64,000 bases of DNA, taken from the NCBI GenBank assembly GCA_039194325.1, contig JBCCWC010000002.1, positions 64,001 to 128,000 of the forward strand. Reading direction: 5' to 3'. The stretch is from Myxococcota bacterium. GTDB lineage: Bacteria > Myxococcota_A > Polyangia > Nannocystales > Nannocystaceae. The position numbers were made by a program, and so were the translations under genes. Below, in pieces: positions 27,581-37,285 of this stretch (positions are counted from its first letter, which is position 1; each line of letters starts with the position of its first letter). The notes beneath the pieces are model-generated. The model worked only from the letters and a program-made list of their open reading frames with translations. It was not told the origin of the DNA and did no database searches.

Positions 27581-30500
27581 TCACTGCGTGGGTGCTGGAT
27601 GCACGACCGTCGCCTTCGGGAGCGGGTGAGCGTCGAGCCACCGCTCCACCGTTGCTCGCTCTTTGGCTGCGATCGCGCCGGCTTCGGTGTAGTCGTCGTG
27701 CGCGTACTCGGCCAGTCGTCGGGCTCGGAGTCGGTGCTCGGGCTCGGCCCACAGCGCGCGGGCTAGCACGAACCGGGCCGTGGCCATCTGGCGAGGGTCG
27801 AAGGTCTCGCCCGATTCGAACAGTGCGAGGGCCCGCTGCGCATGCGCCTGCGCACCGGCCGGGTCGTTTTGCCGCAGCTCGACCTTGGCCAGGCCGAGCA
27901 CCGCAGGGGCCAGCTTGGAGGGGTTGGGCGCCGAGGTACCCTCGAGCAGGGAGACCGCATGCTCGAAGCTATCGGAGGCCGCCCGTAGCTCTCCGCGCTC
28001 GAGCTGAATCTCGCCGATCCCGTGCATCGCCGTGGCCAGGACGGGGTGGTCGGGTCCCAGCGCGGCCCGATGGATCCCGAGCCCCTGACGATAGTGCAGC
28101 AGGGCCCCCTCGAGGTCGCCCTGCTCGGCCAGCACGAGCCCGATGTTGTCCAGTGTGTGGGCGACCACGGGGTGCCGTGGTCCGAGGTTGGCCTGGAAGC
28201 CGGCGAGCGCTCGTCGATAGTGCACCAGGGCGCCGTCCAGATCCGAGAGCCGGTGGAGCACGACCGCGATGTTGCCCAGGGTCTTGGTCCGGTCGATGTG
28301 CTCGGGGGCGAGAGCGAGCCGCTGCTTGGCCAGGACCTGACGATGAAGTTCCAGCGCATCGCCGAGCTTGCCCTGTCGCTCGAGCGCCAGCGCGATGTTG
28401 CCCAGCGTGCGGAGCCGGTCGGGGTGCTCGGGGGGGAGCACGCGTTGCTGAATGGATCTCGTGCGCGCCAGGTAAGCCAGGGCGTCGTCGAGCAGATCTT
28501 GGTGATCCATGAGCATGACCCCGATGTTGCCCAGCGACTTGGCGAGCTCGGGATGGTCGGGTCCCAGCGTGCGCTCCTGAATGAACACCGCTCGTTGGTA
28601 GTGATCCAGCGCCTCTTTGGGCTTGCCCTGGGCGGTCAGGGTGATCCCCAGCTCGTTGAGGTTTTGGGGAATCCTCGGGTGCTCGGGATCCATCGCTTGC
28701 CTGATCGTGAGGGCCAGCTCCAGGTACGTGAGCGCTTGGTCGAGCTTCCCTTGGTCGCGGAGCATCATCCCCGTGTGCGCAAAGATCGAGGCCCGGGTCG
28801 CGGGATCGGTGTCACGGCGTCGAGCCAGGGCCAGGGCGGTCTGGCTCAACGTCTGCGCGCGCTCGGACTGGCCCAGCTGGCGGCCTACGATCCACAGTCG
28901 CCAGTTGGTCGCCGTGGCCTCGATCTGCCGGTGATCGTGTCGCAGCGCCAGTAGGTAGGCGCGCTCGAGGTCGGCGGCCGCCTCGGAATAAAGACCCATG
29001 GCATTGCGCGCCAAGCTTCGTTGCATCAGCGCCTCCGCCATCAGCGGCCCGTACCCGATCGTCTTGGCGGCCTCGAGCGAAGCCTCCGCGTCGAGTAGGG
29101 CTCGCTGATACTTGCCCGCGTGGATCTGCACGCGGACGTCGAGCAGTCGCTCCCGGACGGCGTCGACGCGGCGGGCCTCGCTGGGCGCTTCGGGGCGGGG
29201 CAGTGCGGTCTCCAGCGCGAGCAGATCGTCGCAGCGGGACAACAGCGGCAATCCCGCCACTACGGTCGTGGCCTTGTCGACCACGTGCGTATCGGTCTGG
29301 GCCAGCAGGTCCACTGTCTTTTGCAGGGCGGTCCGGCGGGTGTCCATGCATCGCATGCGTCGCCCCATGTCCCGCTCGGTCTGCACCTCGGATACCCGGG
29401 TCGCCTCGCAGATCTCGGTGTGCTTGGCCACCCACTGCTGCCCGTAGTCGCTCAGCTGCGCGTCGACCCGGGTCCACGTGTCGTCGGCGTAGGGACGCCC
29501 CGAGCCCTCGAGCGCCGCGCGGACCTCGGCGCGGCGCTCTTGGTCCCAGATTCCATCGAGCTCCCGCTCCGAGCCTGCACACTGCTCCTTGCGTTCCTCC
29601 TCCCAGTGCGTGGCCAGGGAGGCCATCCCGAGCCCCAACCCGAGCCCCGCGCCCAGGGCCAGTGAGCCGAGCAGCCGCCGTTCCTTCCACCGGGGGGTCA
29701 CCACCCGCTCGAGCGCGTCTAGCAGCGCGTCCATCGACGGCCACCGCCGCTCGGGCTCGGTGGCCAGCCCGCGCAGGAGGATCTGTCGCAGGCGTGCCGG
29801 GACCTTCGTTCCGGGGGGGGCGAGTCGGATCCGGCCTTCGCTCAGCGAGGCCGCGAGCTGTTGGATCGTCGTGCCAGGGAAGGGGCGCTGGGCGTAGACC
29901 GCCTCGTAGAGCGACACACAGAAGCTGAACTGATCGCTCAGCGCGTCGATCGTTCGCCCCTCGAACTGCTCGAGGGGCATATAGGGCAGCGTCCCCATCG
30001 TCGCGCCGGGCTGGGTCAGCGAGCAGTTCAGGGCGTCGTCTCGGGGTTCCACCGGCATGGGTGCGGGGATGATCTCCTCGGTCGTCGCCTTGTCGGTGCG
30101 CACCACCAGGCCGAAGTCGAGGATCCGGGCCCGCCCGTCCTCGTCGAGGATGCAGTTGCTCGGCTTGAAATCTCGGTGCACCAGTCCGGCGGCATGGACT
30201 GCGGCCAGCCCCCGGCCGGCGCCCAGGTACACCTCGACGCATCGTCGCCAACCCGGTGCGGGCGACTTCACCCTCCATTGGTCGAGCGTCGGTCCGCAGA
30301 CCAGCTCGAGGGCCACGAAGGGCTGGCCCTCGACCTCGCTCACCTCGAAGACCTGGACGACATTGGGATGGGACAGCTGAGCCAGGCCCTGGGCCTCTCG
30401 CCGCAACCGCCGGGCTAGATCTTGGTTTTGGTGCGGGTGGAGTAGCTTGAGGGCCACTCGGCGGTCGAGCTCGTCGTCGTAGGCTTCCAGCACCGTCCCC

Positions 30501-30787
30501 ATGCCTCCGCGGCCGAGCTCTCGCAAGACCACGTACCGCCCAAAGCGGTGCACCGCGGCGCGCTTGAACAGCGCACTTTGCACCCGGGCCCTCCGGGCTT
30601 CTCCCACCACGTCCCGGGGTACAGGTACCCCGTCGTTGTCGAGCTCCGAGGCCGACGGATCATCGCTCGGGGTCGTCGAAGCGGTCGGATCCTTCGGATT
30701 GGCCTCCGGGTCGGCCTCCGGGTCGGCCTCCGGGTTGGCCTCCGGGTTGGCCTCGCTCACCAGCTCTCTCCCACCACGTACCTTCAC
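27581..30787 (-). CDS. Ser/Thr kinase - TM - Cys-containing helical domain - TPR repeats
   Basis: GRGGMGTV, HRDFKPSN, DFG, GTLPYMPLE; LGPDHP-type 42-aa TPRs; start approximate. Confidence 0.93.
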   Translation of the reverse strand: MKVRGGRELVSEANPEANPEADPEADPEANPKDPTASTTPSDDPSASELDNDGVPVPRDVVGEARRARVQSALFKRAAVHRFGRYVVLRELGRGGMGTVLEAYDDELDRRVALKLLHPHQNQDLARRLRREAQGLAQLSHPNVVQVFEVSEVEGQPFVALELVCGPTLDQWRVKSPAPGWRRCVEVYLGAGRGLAAVHAAGLVHRDFKPSNCILDEDGRARILDFGLVVRTDKATTEEIIPAPMPVEPRDDALNCSLTQPGATMGTLPYMPLEQFEGRTIDALSDQFSFCVSLYEAVYAQRPFPGTTIQQLAASLSEGRIRLAPPGTKVPARLRQILLRGLATEPERRWPSMDALLDALERVVTPRWKERRLLGSLALGAGLGLGLGMASLATHWEEERKEQCAGSERELDGIWDQERRAEVRAALEGSGRPYADDTWTRVDAQLSDYGQQWVAKHTEICEATRVSEVQTERDMGRRMRCMDTRRTALQKTVDLLAQTDTHVVDKATTVVAGLPLLSRCDDLLALETALPRPEAPSEARRVDAVRERLLDVRVQIHAGKYQRALLDAEASLEAAKTIGYGPLMAEALMQRSLARNAMGLYSEAAADLERAYLLALRHDHRQIEATATNWRLWIVGRQLGQSERAQTLSQTALALARRRDTDPATRASIFAHTGMMLRDQGKLDQALTYLELALTIRQAMDPEHPRIPQNLNELGITLTAQGKPKEALDHYQRAVFIQERTLGPDHPELAKSLGNIGVMLMDHQDLLDDALAYLARTRSIQQRVLPPEHPDRLRTLGNIALALERQGKLGDALELHRQVLAKQRLALAPEHIDRTKTLGNIAVVLHRLSDLDGALVHYRRALAGFQANLGPRHPVVAHTLDNIGLVLAEQGDLEGALLHYRQGLGIHRAALGPDHPVLATAMHGIGEIQLERGELRAASDSFEHAVSLLEGTSAPNPSKLAPAVLGLAKVELRQNDPAGAQAHAQRALALFESGETFDPRQMATARFVLARALWAEPEHRLRARRLAEYAHDDYTEAGAIAAKERATVERWLDAHPLPKATVVHPAPTQ
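30701..30754. repeat. ~4.5 x 12-bp tandem repeat GGCCTCCGGGT(C/T)
   Basis: Encodes EA(N/D)P repeats at kinase N-terminus. Confidence 0.9.
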
Positions 30788-31003
30788 GTTGTCTCGCTAG
30801 TAACGCGAGCGCAGCCACGGATTGCGCAGTGGCCGATTTTCCCGGATCGGTCTCGGGGGGGCGGCCCAAGTGGCCCCAACGTGCCTATGCCTCGGTTTAC
30901 GCGGGGGTCTCGGTGCACGCTTCGGGCCGCTGGAGGATGGAGGCCGACCGTGGAAGACTGGTCACCGACGATGAGCGGGATGAACGCGGTAGAGGCCGAG
31001 CCG

Positions 31004-31654
31004 ATGGCGGATCGGAAGGACGAGGAGCTGCTGTTGGCCTGGAGGTCCGGGGAGCGAGACGCCGGGGAAGCGCTGTTCGAGCGGCACTACGCCAAGATCG
31101 CGCTGTTCTTCCAGAACAAGGTGGCCGAGCCCGAGGATCTGATTCAGCGTACGTTCCTGGCGTGCGTCGAGTCGGCCGATCGCTTCCGCGTCAACTCTAG
31201 CTTTCGGGCCTATCTGCTGGGCATCGCGGTCAACGTGCTGCGCAACCACTATCGGCGGCTCAACGGGCCACGCAACCATACCGCGCTGCAGATCTCCATG
31301 GAAGACATGGGGCAGACCCCCAGTCAGATCATCTCCTACCAAGAGGAGGAGCGCCTGCTGCTCGCCGCCCTGCGGCGGCTACCCATCGAGCGGCAGCTGC
31401 TGCTCGAGTTGTTCTACTGGGAGCAGATGAAGACTCACGAGCTGGCCGAAGTGCTGGGCTGGCCCGTGGGGACGGTACGCGATCGGCTCCGGCGGGCGCG
31501 CAAGCATCTCGAGGAGCACCTCACCACGCTGGCCGAGTCCAAGACCCGGCTCGACAGCACGGTGACTCGGCTCGACGAGTGGGTCGAGAAGCTACGCCTC
31601 CGGCTGCATCGGGGACCAGGCGGGGGACCCGATCGGGGACCAGACCGGGGGTGA
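31004..31654 (+). CDS. ECF RNA polymerase sigma factor
   Basis: DEELLLAWRSG, EDLIQRTF, SFRAYLLGIAVN (region 2); LAEVLGWPVGTVRDRLRRAR (region 4); alternative starts 30971/30980. Confidence 0.92.
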   Translation: MADRKDEELLLAWRSGERDAGEALFERHYAKIALFFQNKVAEPEDLIQRTFLACVESADRFRVNSSFRAYLLGIAVNVLRNHYRRLNGPRNHTALQISMEDMGQTPSQIISYQEEERLLLAALRRLPIERQLLLELFYWEQMKTHELAEVLGWPVGTVRDRLRRARKHLEEHLTTLAESKTRLDSTVTRLDEWVEKLRLRLHRGPGGGPDRGPDRG

Positions 31655-31658
31655 TCGG

Positions 31659-34600
31659 TTGGTCTCCGATGGTTCCATCGACCGCGTCTTTGCGCGGCTC
31701 GGCGAGGCCCGGGGGGTTGATCCCCGGCTCAGCCACAACAAGGACCAGGTCAAGGCTCGGCTGTTCGGGGCCGACAAGTCCACCGAGACCGTCGCCGGCC
31801 GACCGCGGCTCGGTGCGGTCACCGACCGGGGACCTTCCTCGGCCGGTGCCCGACCGTTGCCGCGCCCGCGCGTGCCCTCTGGGCCTGCGCCCGAGCGGAT
31901 CGGTCGCTTCGTCGTCCTCGGCCCGCTCGGCAAGGGGGGGATGGGCAAGGTCTACCGAGCGTTCGACGACGTCCTGGAGCGTCAAGTCGCCGTCAAGGTC
32001 GTCCACGCCGAAGTGGGCGTGCGCCACGGTCGACGCCTGCTGCGCGAGGCCCAGGCGCTCGCTCGCCTGTCGCATCCCAACGTGGTCCAGGTCTACGAGG
32101 TGGGGGAGGTCGGTGGGCGGCTGTTCATCGCCATGGAGCTCATTCGGGGCCAGACTCTGCGGCAGTGGCAGCGACAGGAGCCGCGCCCCGGGTGGAAGGC
32201 CTGCCTCGACACCTACGTCAAGGCCGGTCGCGGGCTGGAGGCCGCGCACGCCAAGGGGCTGATCCATCGCGACTTCAAGCCCAGCAATTGTATGTTCGAT
32301 GACGAGGGGCGGGTGCGGGTCCTGGACTTCGGGCTGGCACGAGACTCCAACCCGTCCGAAGATCTCGCGGAGCTTCCCGGTTTTGGGGGCCCGGTGGACG
32401 GTGCCGCTTCGTCTGCGTCGTCCTCGGGCTCGTCGAGCAGCGCCTTGATGGAGAGGCTGACCGAGACCGGGTCGGTCGTGGGTACTCGGGCGTATATGGC
32501 CCCCGAGCAGCTCGGCGGGCGGGTGGTCGTGGACGCCAAGAGCGACCAGTTTGCCTTCTGCGTGGCGCTCTACGAGGCCCTTTGTGGTCATCTGCCCTTC
32601 TCCGAGGACCCCATGCCTGCCTTGCTCGACATGGCCTCCGGGGTTGGTCCCATGCCCCAGCCCTTGCCCATGGGGAGCCATGCGCCTCGCTGGCTCCAGC
32701 GTGCGGTCGTTCGAGGGTTGGCCGCCGATCCTCGAGAGCGCTGGCCCTCCATGGCCGCCTTGCTATGGGAGCTCGAGCGTCGCCAGCGGAGCGCGGGGGT
32801 GCGGCGGCTCTCGCTGCTCACCGGTGCGCTGCTCGGGGTGGTGCTGACGGGGCTCGTCATGAGCTCGCGCGAGCCGCCCGGGCCGTCGGTCTGCGCGGAG
32901 GCTCAGCAGCAGCTCGAGGGGGTCTGGGACGACGAGCGGCGGCAGGTCGTTCGTGAGGCGATCCTGAACACCGAGCTTCCCTATGCCGCCAAGACGCAGT
33001 CGAGCGTAGAGCGGCAGCTCGATCACTACGCGCAGGAGTGGTCGCATGGGTACACCGAGGCTTGCGAGGCCACCCGTGTTCACCACGAGCAGCCGGTCGA
33101 GGCGCTCGAGCTGCGCCAGCGCTGCCTGCGTCTGCGGCGATCTGCGCTCGCGCACGACGTGGAGTTGCTCGCCGATGCCGATCATGATCTGGTGGAGCGG
33201 GCGGTCGAGCTGGTCACCGAGCTGCCGCGCATCGATGCGTGCGCGGATCTGTCGGCCCTGAGTCGGAGCTCCGGGGTCGCGCGGATCCCCGGCGGCGCCC
33301 AGCGGCTCGAGGCCCTCCGCACCCACCTGGGTCGTATGCGCTCGCTGGAGACGATCGGTCGTCACCGCGAGGCGATCGTCGAGCTCGCGCCGCTTACCCG
33401 GGATGCTCACCGCCTGGGCGACCAATCGCTGCTCGCCGAGGTCTTACTGCTTGGGGGGCAGCTACACATGGCCCTGGGGCGGGACGAGCAGGCCGAGCAG
33501 TACTTTCGGGCGGCACAGATCCGAGGGTTGGAGCACGGAGCCGACGCCGTCGCCCTCGAGGCGATGGCGGGGCAGATCCACCTGATGGGCGTAGAGCGGG
33601 AGCAGACCGGTCGCGCCTTGGAGCTGGCCCAGGACGTGGCCTTGCCCCTGGTGCGCCGCCACGGCCGCGACGATGCCCTCGAGGCCAAGGTGCTCACCGC
33701 TCTGGCCCAGGTTCGAACCGTGCGTGGCGAGCACCGAGAGGCGGAGGCCCGCTATCGCCAGGCCCTGGCCATCTTGGGGCGGGTGCGGGTTCGGGGGGAC
33801 ACCGCGCTGGTCGAGGCCCATGATGGCCTCGCGCAGACGCTGCGCGAGCAGGAGCGCTTCGACGACGCCGAGCAGCTCTACCGCCGTGCCCTCCATGCTC
33901 GGGAATCTCGCCTCGGCGACACGCACCCCGAGGCCGCCTACCAGCGCACCAACCTTGGCAACGTCTTGCTGGCGCGGGGCAAGCTCGACGAGGCCGAGCA
34001 GCACTTTCGCGAGGCGTTGGAGATCCTCGCTAGCGCCTCCACCGTCCACGCCAAGCGGATCGCGCACGCTCGTGCGTCCCTGGGGACCGCGCTCCACATG
34101 CACCAGCGGTACTCGGAGGCTGAGCAGGAGCTGCGACAGGCGCTGTCGCTCTTCGAGCGAGAGCTCGATCCCGACCAGCTACGGGTCGCCAAGGTCCGCC
34201 TCGACATCGCCGTGGTGCTGACCGAGCAGGGGCGCGCTCTGGAGGCGATCGACGAGTACCAGGGGATCCTCGGGGTGCTGCGGCACAGCGAGCCCACGCC
34301 CTCACGCAATCGCCTCATGGTCAAATGCCTGCGCGACCTCGGCTTGCTCCTCGTGCACCAGGGGCGAACTCGCGAGGCCGACGCGCGCTATCGGCAGGCG
34401 CTGGAGATCCTCGAGCCCGGGCAGGAGGCGCGCGGTGCCTTGCACGCCAACGTGCTCAACCGCCACGGCGACCTGCTCCTCATCAAAGGGAGCGACACGG
34501 ACGCCGAACATTCGTTCCTGCAGGCACTCGAGATCTACGAGCAGCTCTACGGGCCCGTGCACCAGAAGATCGGGCATACCCTCAAGCGGATCGCCGGCGT

Positions 34601-34751
34601 CCACCAGCGTCGGAAGCAGTGGCCCTTGGCCATGGCCCGACTGGAGCGGACGCGAGCGATCTACGAGACCACGCGGGCGAAGCCCGAGGCCATCGCCGAG
34701 GTCGAGCAGGCACTGGCCGAGGTTCGGGCGCACATCGAGCCCACCCGGTAA
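31659..34751 (+). CDS. Ser/Thr kinase - TM - Cys-containing helical domain - TPR repeats
   Basis: GKGGMGKV, HRDFKPSN, DFG, GTRAYMAPE; TPRs; begins 4 nt after ECF stop. Confidence 0.93.
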   Translation: MVSDGSIDRVFARLGEARGVDPRLSHNKDQVKARLFGADKSTETVAGRPRLGAVTDRGPSSAGARPLPRPRVPSGPAPERIGRFVVLGPLGKGGMGKVYRAFDDVLERQVAVKVVHAEVGVRHGRRLLREAQALARLSHPNVVQVYEVGEVGGRLFIAMELIRGQTLRQWQRQEPRPGWKACLDTYVKAGRGLEAAHAKGLIHRDFKPSNCMFDDEGRVRVLDFGLARDSNPSEDLAELPGFGGPVDGAASSASSSGSSSSALMERLTETGSVVGTRAYMAPEQLGGRVVVDAKSDQFAFCVALYEALCGHLPFSEDPMPALLDMASGVGPMPQPLPMGSHAPRWLQRAVVRGLAADPRERWPSMAALLWELERRQRSAGVRRLSLLTGALLGVVLTGLVMSSREPPGPSVCAEAQQQLEGVWDDERRQVVREAILNTELPYAAKTQSSVERQLDHYAQEWSHGYTEACEATRVHHEQPVEALELRQRCLRLRRSALAHDVELLADADHDLVERAVELVTELPRIDACADLSALSRSSGVARIPGGAQRLEALRTHLGRMRSLETIGRHREAIVELAPLTRDAHRLGDQSLLAEVLLLGGQLHMALGRDEQAEQYFRAAQIRGLEHGADAVALEAMAGQIHLMGVEREQTGRALELAQDVALPLVRRHGRDDALEAKVLTALAQVRTVRGEHREAEARYRQALAILGRVRVRGDTALVEAHDGLAQTLREQERFDDAEQLYRRALHARESRLGDTHPEAAYQRTNLGNVLLARGKLDEAEQHFREALEILASASTVHAKRIAHARASLGTALHMHQRYSEAEQELRQALSLFERELDPDQLRVAKVRLDIAVVLTEQGRALEAIDEYQGILGVLRHSEPTPSRNRLMVKCLRDLGLLLVHQGRTREADARYRQALEILEPGQEARGALHANVLNRHGDLLLIKGSDTDAEHSFLQALEIYEQLYGPVHQKIGHTLKRIAGVHQRRKQWPLAMARLERTRAIYETTRAKPEAIAEVEQALAEVRAHIEPTR

Positions 34752-35104
34752 CCCGGCGGGCCGCCCGGCCCGGCGCCGGTCCTTCGCTCCGGCCGACCGG
34801 GCCCACGGTGGAACGGTGTCATCCGTGATCAGGGGTTGGCTCACGCACTTTTTGTGCATGTTCTTGATGGATTGGCTCAACAGTTGATGGGGGATTGGGA
34901 ACTCATGGGTCGAACGCAGCCTTGACCGCTCGATCAGTCGTCCATTGATGGATGGCTCGAGCCGAGGTGCGCACTTCGTTTCGCGGCGCCGTCCCTTCGA
35001 GGTTCGGGTGTACCCGGTCGGATCGGCCGGGTGGCCATCGTGTGTCTTGGTCCTTGGCCGGCCGAGCAGGAGCGCAGCCGCATGACCCGGAGCAGCAAGA
35101 CGAT

Positions 35105-36523
35105 ATGAACACTCACTCCCCTGTAGGACTTACTGTACGGACTGTGTTGCCCGGGCTGTGCCGGGTGCACGCGGTGGCCGTCGCCGTGCTCGTCGCGCCG
35201 GCGTGCGACCTCGAGTCGAGCCTCGGAGATGACCTCGAGCTTCGGGCCGGCCTGCAATTGGCCCCGAACCCGTCGGCCGTGGTGTCGGTCGGCATGGGCG
35301 CCAGCACGACCTGCGTGGTCACCCTTTTTGGGGAGGTCAAGTGCTGGGGGCGCAACGACTACGGACAGCTCGGTCGCGGCGATCTGGTCGATGTTGGAGA
35401 TGACGAGACGCCCGCTGAGGTCGCTTTTGTTTCGTTGGGTGGCGAGGCCGTGCAGGTGCTCACCAACGGCGCGCAATCCTTCGCGCTGCTGGAGGACGGA
35501 ACCGTGCGGGCTTGGGGCATCAACAGCGGCGGTGAGCTCGGCTTACAGCATGTCGAGTCGATCGGAGACGACGAGGTGCCTGGTGCGGCCGATGTGGTCA
35601 CCGACGTCGAGCTCGGCGGTCCGGCGACCAGGCTCGCGGTGGGGGGCGACTTTGCCTGCGCCCTCATGAGCAACGGTACCGCGAGCGATGGCACGACGAG
35701 CAGCGGCATGGTGCGTTGCTGGGGGGCCAACGACTTTGGTCAGCTCGGGCGTCGGAGCACCGAGACGGTCGGGGACGACGAGGCTCCCGCCGTAGGGGCC
35801 TCGATCTTCTTGGGCGCACCCGTGGTCGACGTGGTGGCCGGTCGTCGGCACGCCTGTGCGTTGGTCGAAGGAGGGAGCGTCCGCTGCTGGGGCCGTGGCG
35901 CGCAGGGGCAGCTGGGCTATGGCGGCACCCACGACGTGGGGGACGACGAATTCCCGGTGGTCGCCGGTACCGTTGCGCTCGGAGGTGCTGCCGAGCAGAT
36001 CGTGGCCGGTGGGTGGCATACCTGCGCCCGACTCGTCGGCGGTGACGTACGCTGCTGGGGCCGTGGCGCCAACGGGCAGCTGGGCTACGGCAGCACCAAG
36101 AGCGTGGGGGACGACGAGCGGCCCGTGGCTTGGGCGCCGGTCTCGCTCGGGGGTCCCGCCGTGAGCCTCGCGGCAGGAGCCGAGCATACCTGCGCCGTGC
36201 TCCACGGTGGAGCAGTGCGGTGTTGGGGTGGGGGCGAGCGGGGGCAGCTGGGCTATGGCAATACCCACGCGGTCGGAGACGACGAGACCCCCGCGGCGGT
36301 CGCCGCGGTCCACCTCGCGGGAGCCCACGCCATCGCGGTGTTTGCTGGGCCATTGGCCCGGTCGACCTGCGCGCTGCTCGACGACGAGAGTCTGCGGTGC
36401 TGGGGGGCCAATGATTTTGGTCAGCTGGGCTATGGTCACGTCTTCGAGTTGGGCGACGACATCGCCGAGCGACCCGGGGATCTCCCTGACATCTTGATCC
36501 TGAGTCGAGACGACGATGCCTGA
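35105..36523 (+). CDS. RCC1/BLIP-II repeat beta-propeller lipoprotein
   Basis: Seven VRCWG.N..GQLG...VGDDE.P repeats; APAC lipobox. Confidence 0.9.
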   Translation: MNTHSPVGLTVRTVLPGLCRVHAVAVAVLVAPACDLESSLGDDLELRAGLQLAPNPSAVVSVGMGASTTCVVTLFGEVKCWGRNDYGQLGRGDLVDVGDDETPAEVAFVSLGGEAVQVLTNGAQSFALLEDGTVRAWGINSGGELGLQHVESIGDDEVPGAADVVTDVELGGPATRLAVGGDFACALMSNGTASDGTTSSGMVRCWGANDFGQLGRRSTETVGDDEAPAVGASIFLGAPVVDVVAGRRHACALVEGGSVRCWGRGAQGQLGYGGTHDVGDDEFPVVAGTVALGGAAEQIVAGGWHTCARLVGGDVRCWGRGANGQLGYGSTKSVGDDERPVAWAPVSLGGPAVSLAAGAEHTCAVLHGGAVRCWGGGERGQLGYGNTHAVGDDETPAAVAAVHLAGAHAIAVFAGPLARSTCALLDDESLRCWGANDFGQLGYGHVFELGDDIAERPGDLPDILILSRDDDA

Positions 36524-36568
36524 GTCTGCTTCGCCGAGGCTTGGGCTCCGGGTGTACCCTCGGAGCCC

Positions 36569-37189
36569 ATGACCAGTGATGCGGAGCTGCTATATGCCTG
36601 GCGTGACGGCAACGCCAGGGCAGGTGAAGAGCTCTTTGCGCGCTACTATCCGCTGATCGACCGCTTCTTTAGCAACAAGGTCTCCGAGGACCCCGGCGAT
36701 CTCATCCAAAAGACCCTCGAAGCCTGCGTCCAGGGCCGTGATCGCATCGACGAGGGGCGGTCCTTTCGGTCGTACCTGTTTGCCATCGCCTACAACGTGC
36801 TGCGGCGATATCTCCGCGAGCGCTACCAGTGTCGCGAGCAAGAGCTGTCCTCGCGGTCGATCCACGACATCGCCCCCGGTCCGAGCACCCTGATGGCCGA
36901 GTCGGAGCAGACGCGCCTGTTGGCTCTGGCCCTGCGGCGGCTTCCGCTGAAGCTGCAGGTGGTCCTCGAGCTACGCTACTGGGAGGACATGTCGAGCCCC
37001 GAGATCGAGAGCATGCTGGGGACCAACGCGTCCACGGTGCGTACGCTGCTTCGACGGGGGCGTAAGCAGCTGTCCGAGGTCTTGGGCGAAGTGAACGCTC
37101 GCCCCGAGATCTTGGAGGATACCGTCAGTAATCTCGACGCTTGGGTCGAGAAGCTACGCGCCGAGCTCCGCAAAAAGGAGTCCGGCTGA
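36569..37189 (+). CDS. ECF RNA polymerase sigma factor (paralog of 31004)
   Basis: DAELLYAWRDG, GDLIQKTL, SFRSYLFAIAYN, STVRTLLRRGR. Confidence 0.92.
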   Translation: MTSDAELLYAWRDGNARAGEELFARYYPLIDRFFSNKVSEDPGDLIQKTLEACVQGRDRIDEGRSFRSYLFAIAYNVLRRYLRERYQCREQELSSRSIHDIAPGPSTLMAESEQTRLLALALRRLPLKLQVVLELRYWEDMSSPEIESMLGTNASTVRTLLRRGRKQLSEVLGEVNARPEILEDTVSNLDAWVEKLRAELRKKESG

Positions 37190-37285
37190 GGTCGGTGTTG
37201 TCCATGCCGAGGCCGGCTCGGGATCCGCGACTGCGCCGTTGTCGCCGGGGCCTGATGGTGCTTGATGCCCGTATGCTTGCGGCGG

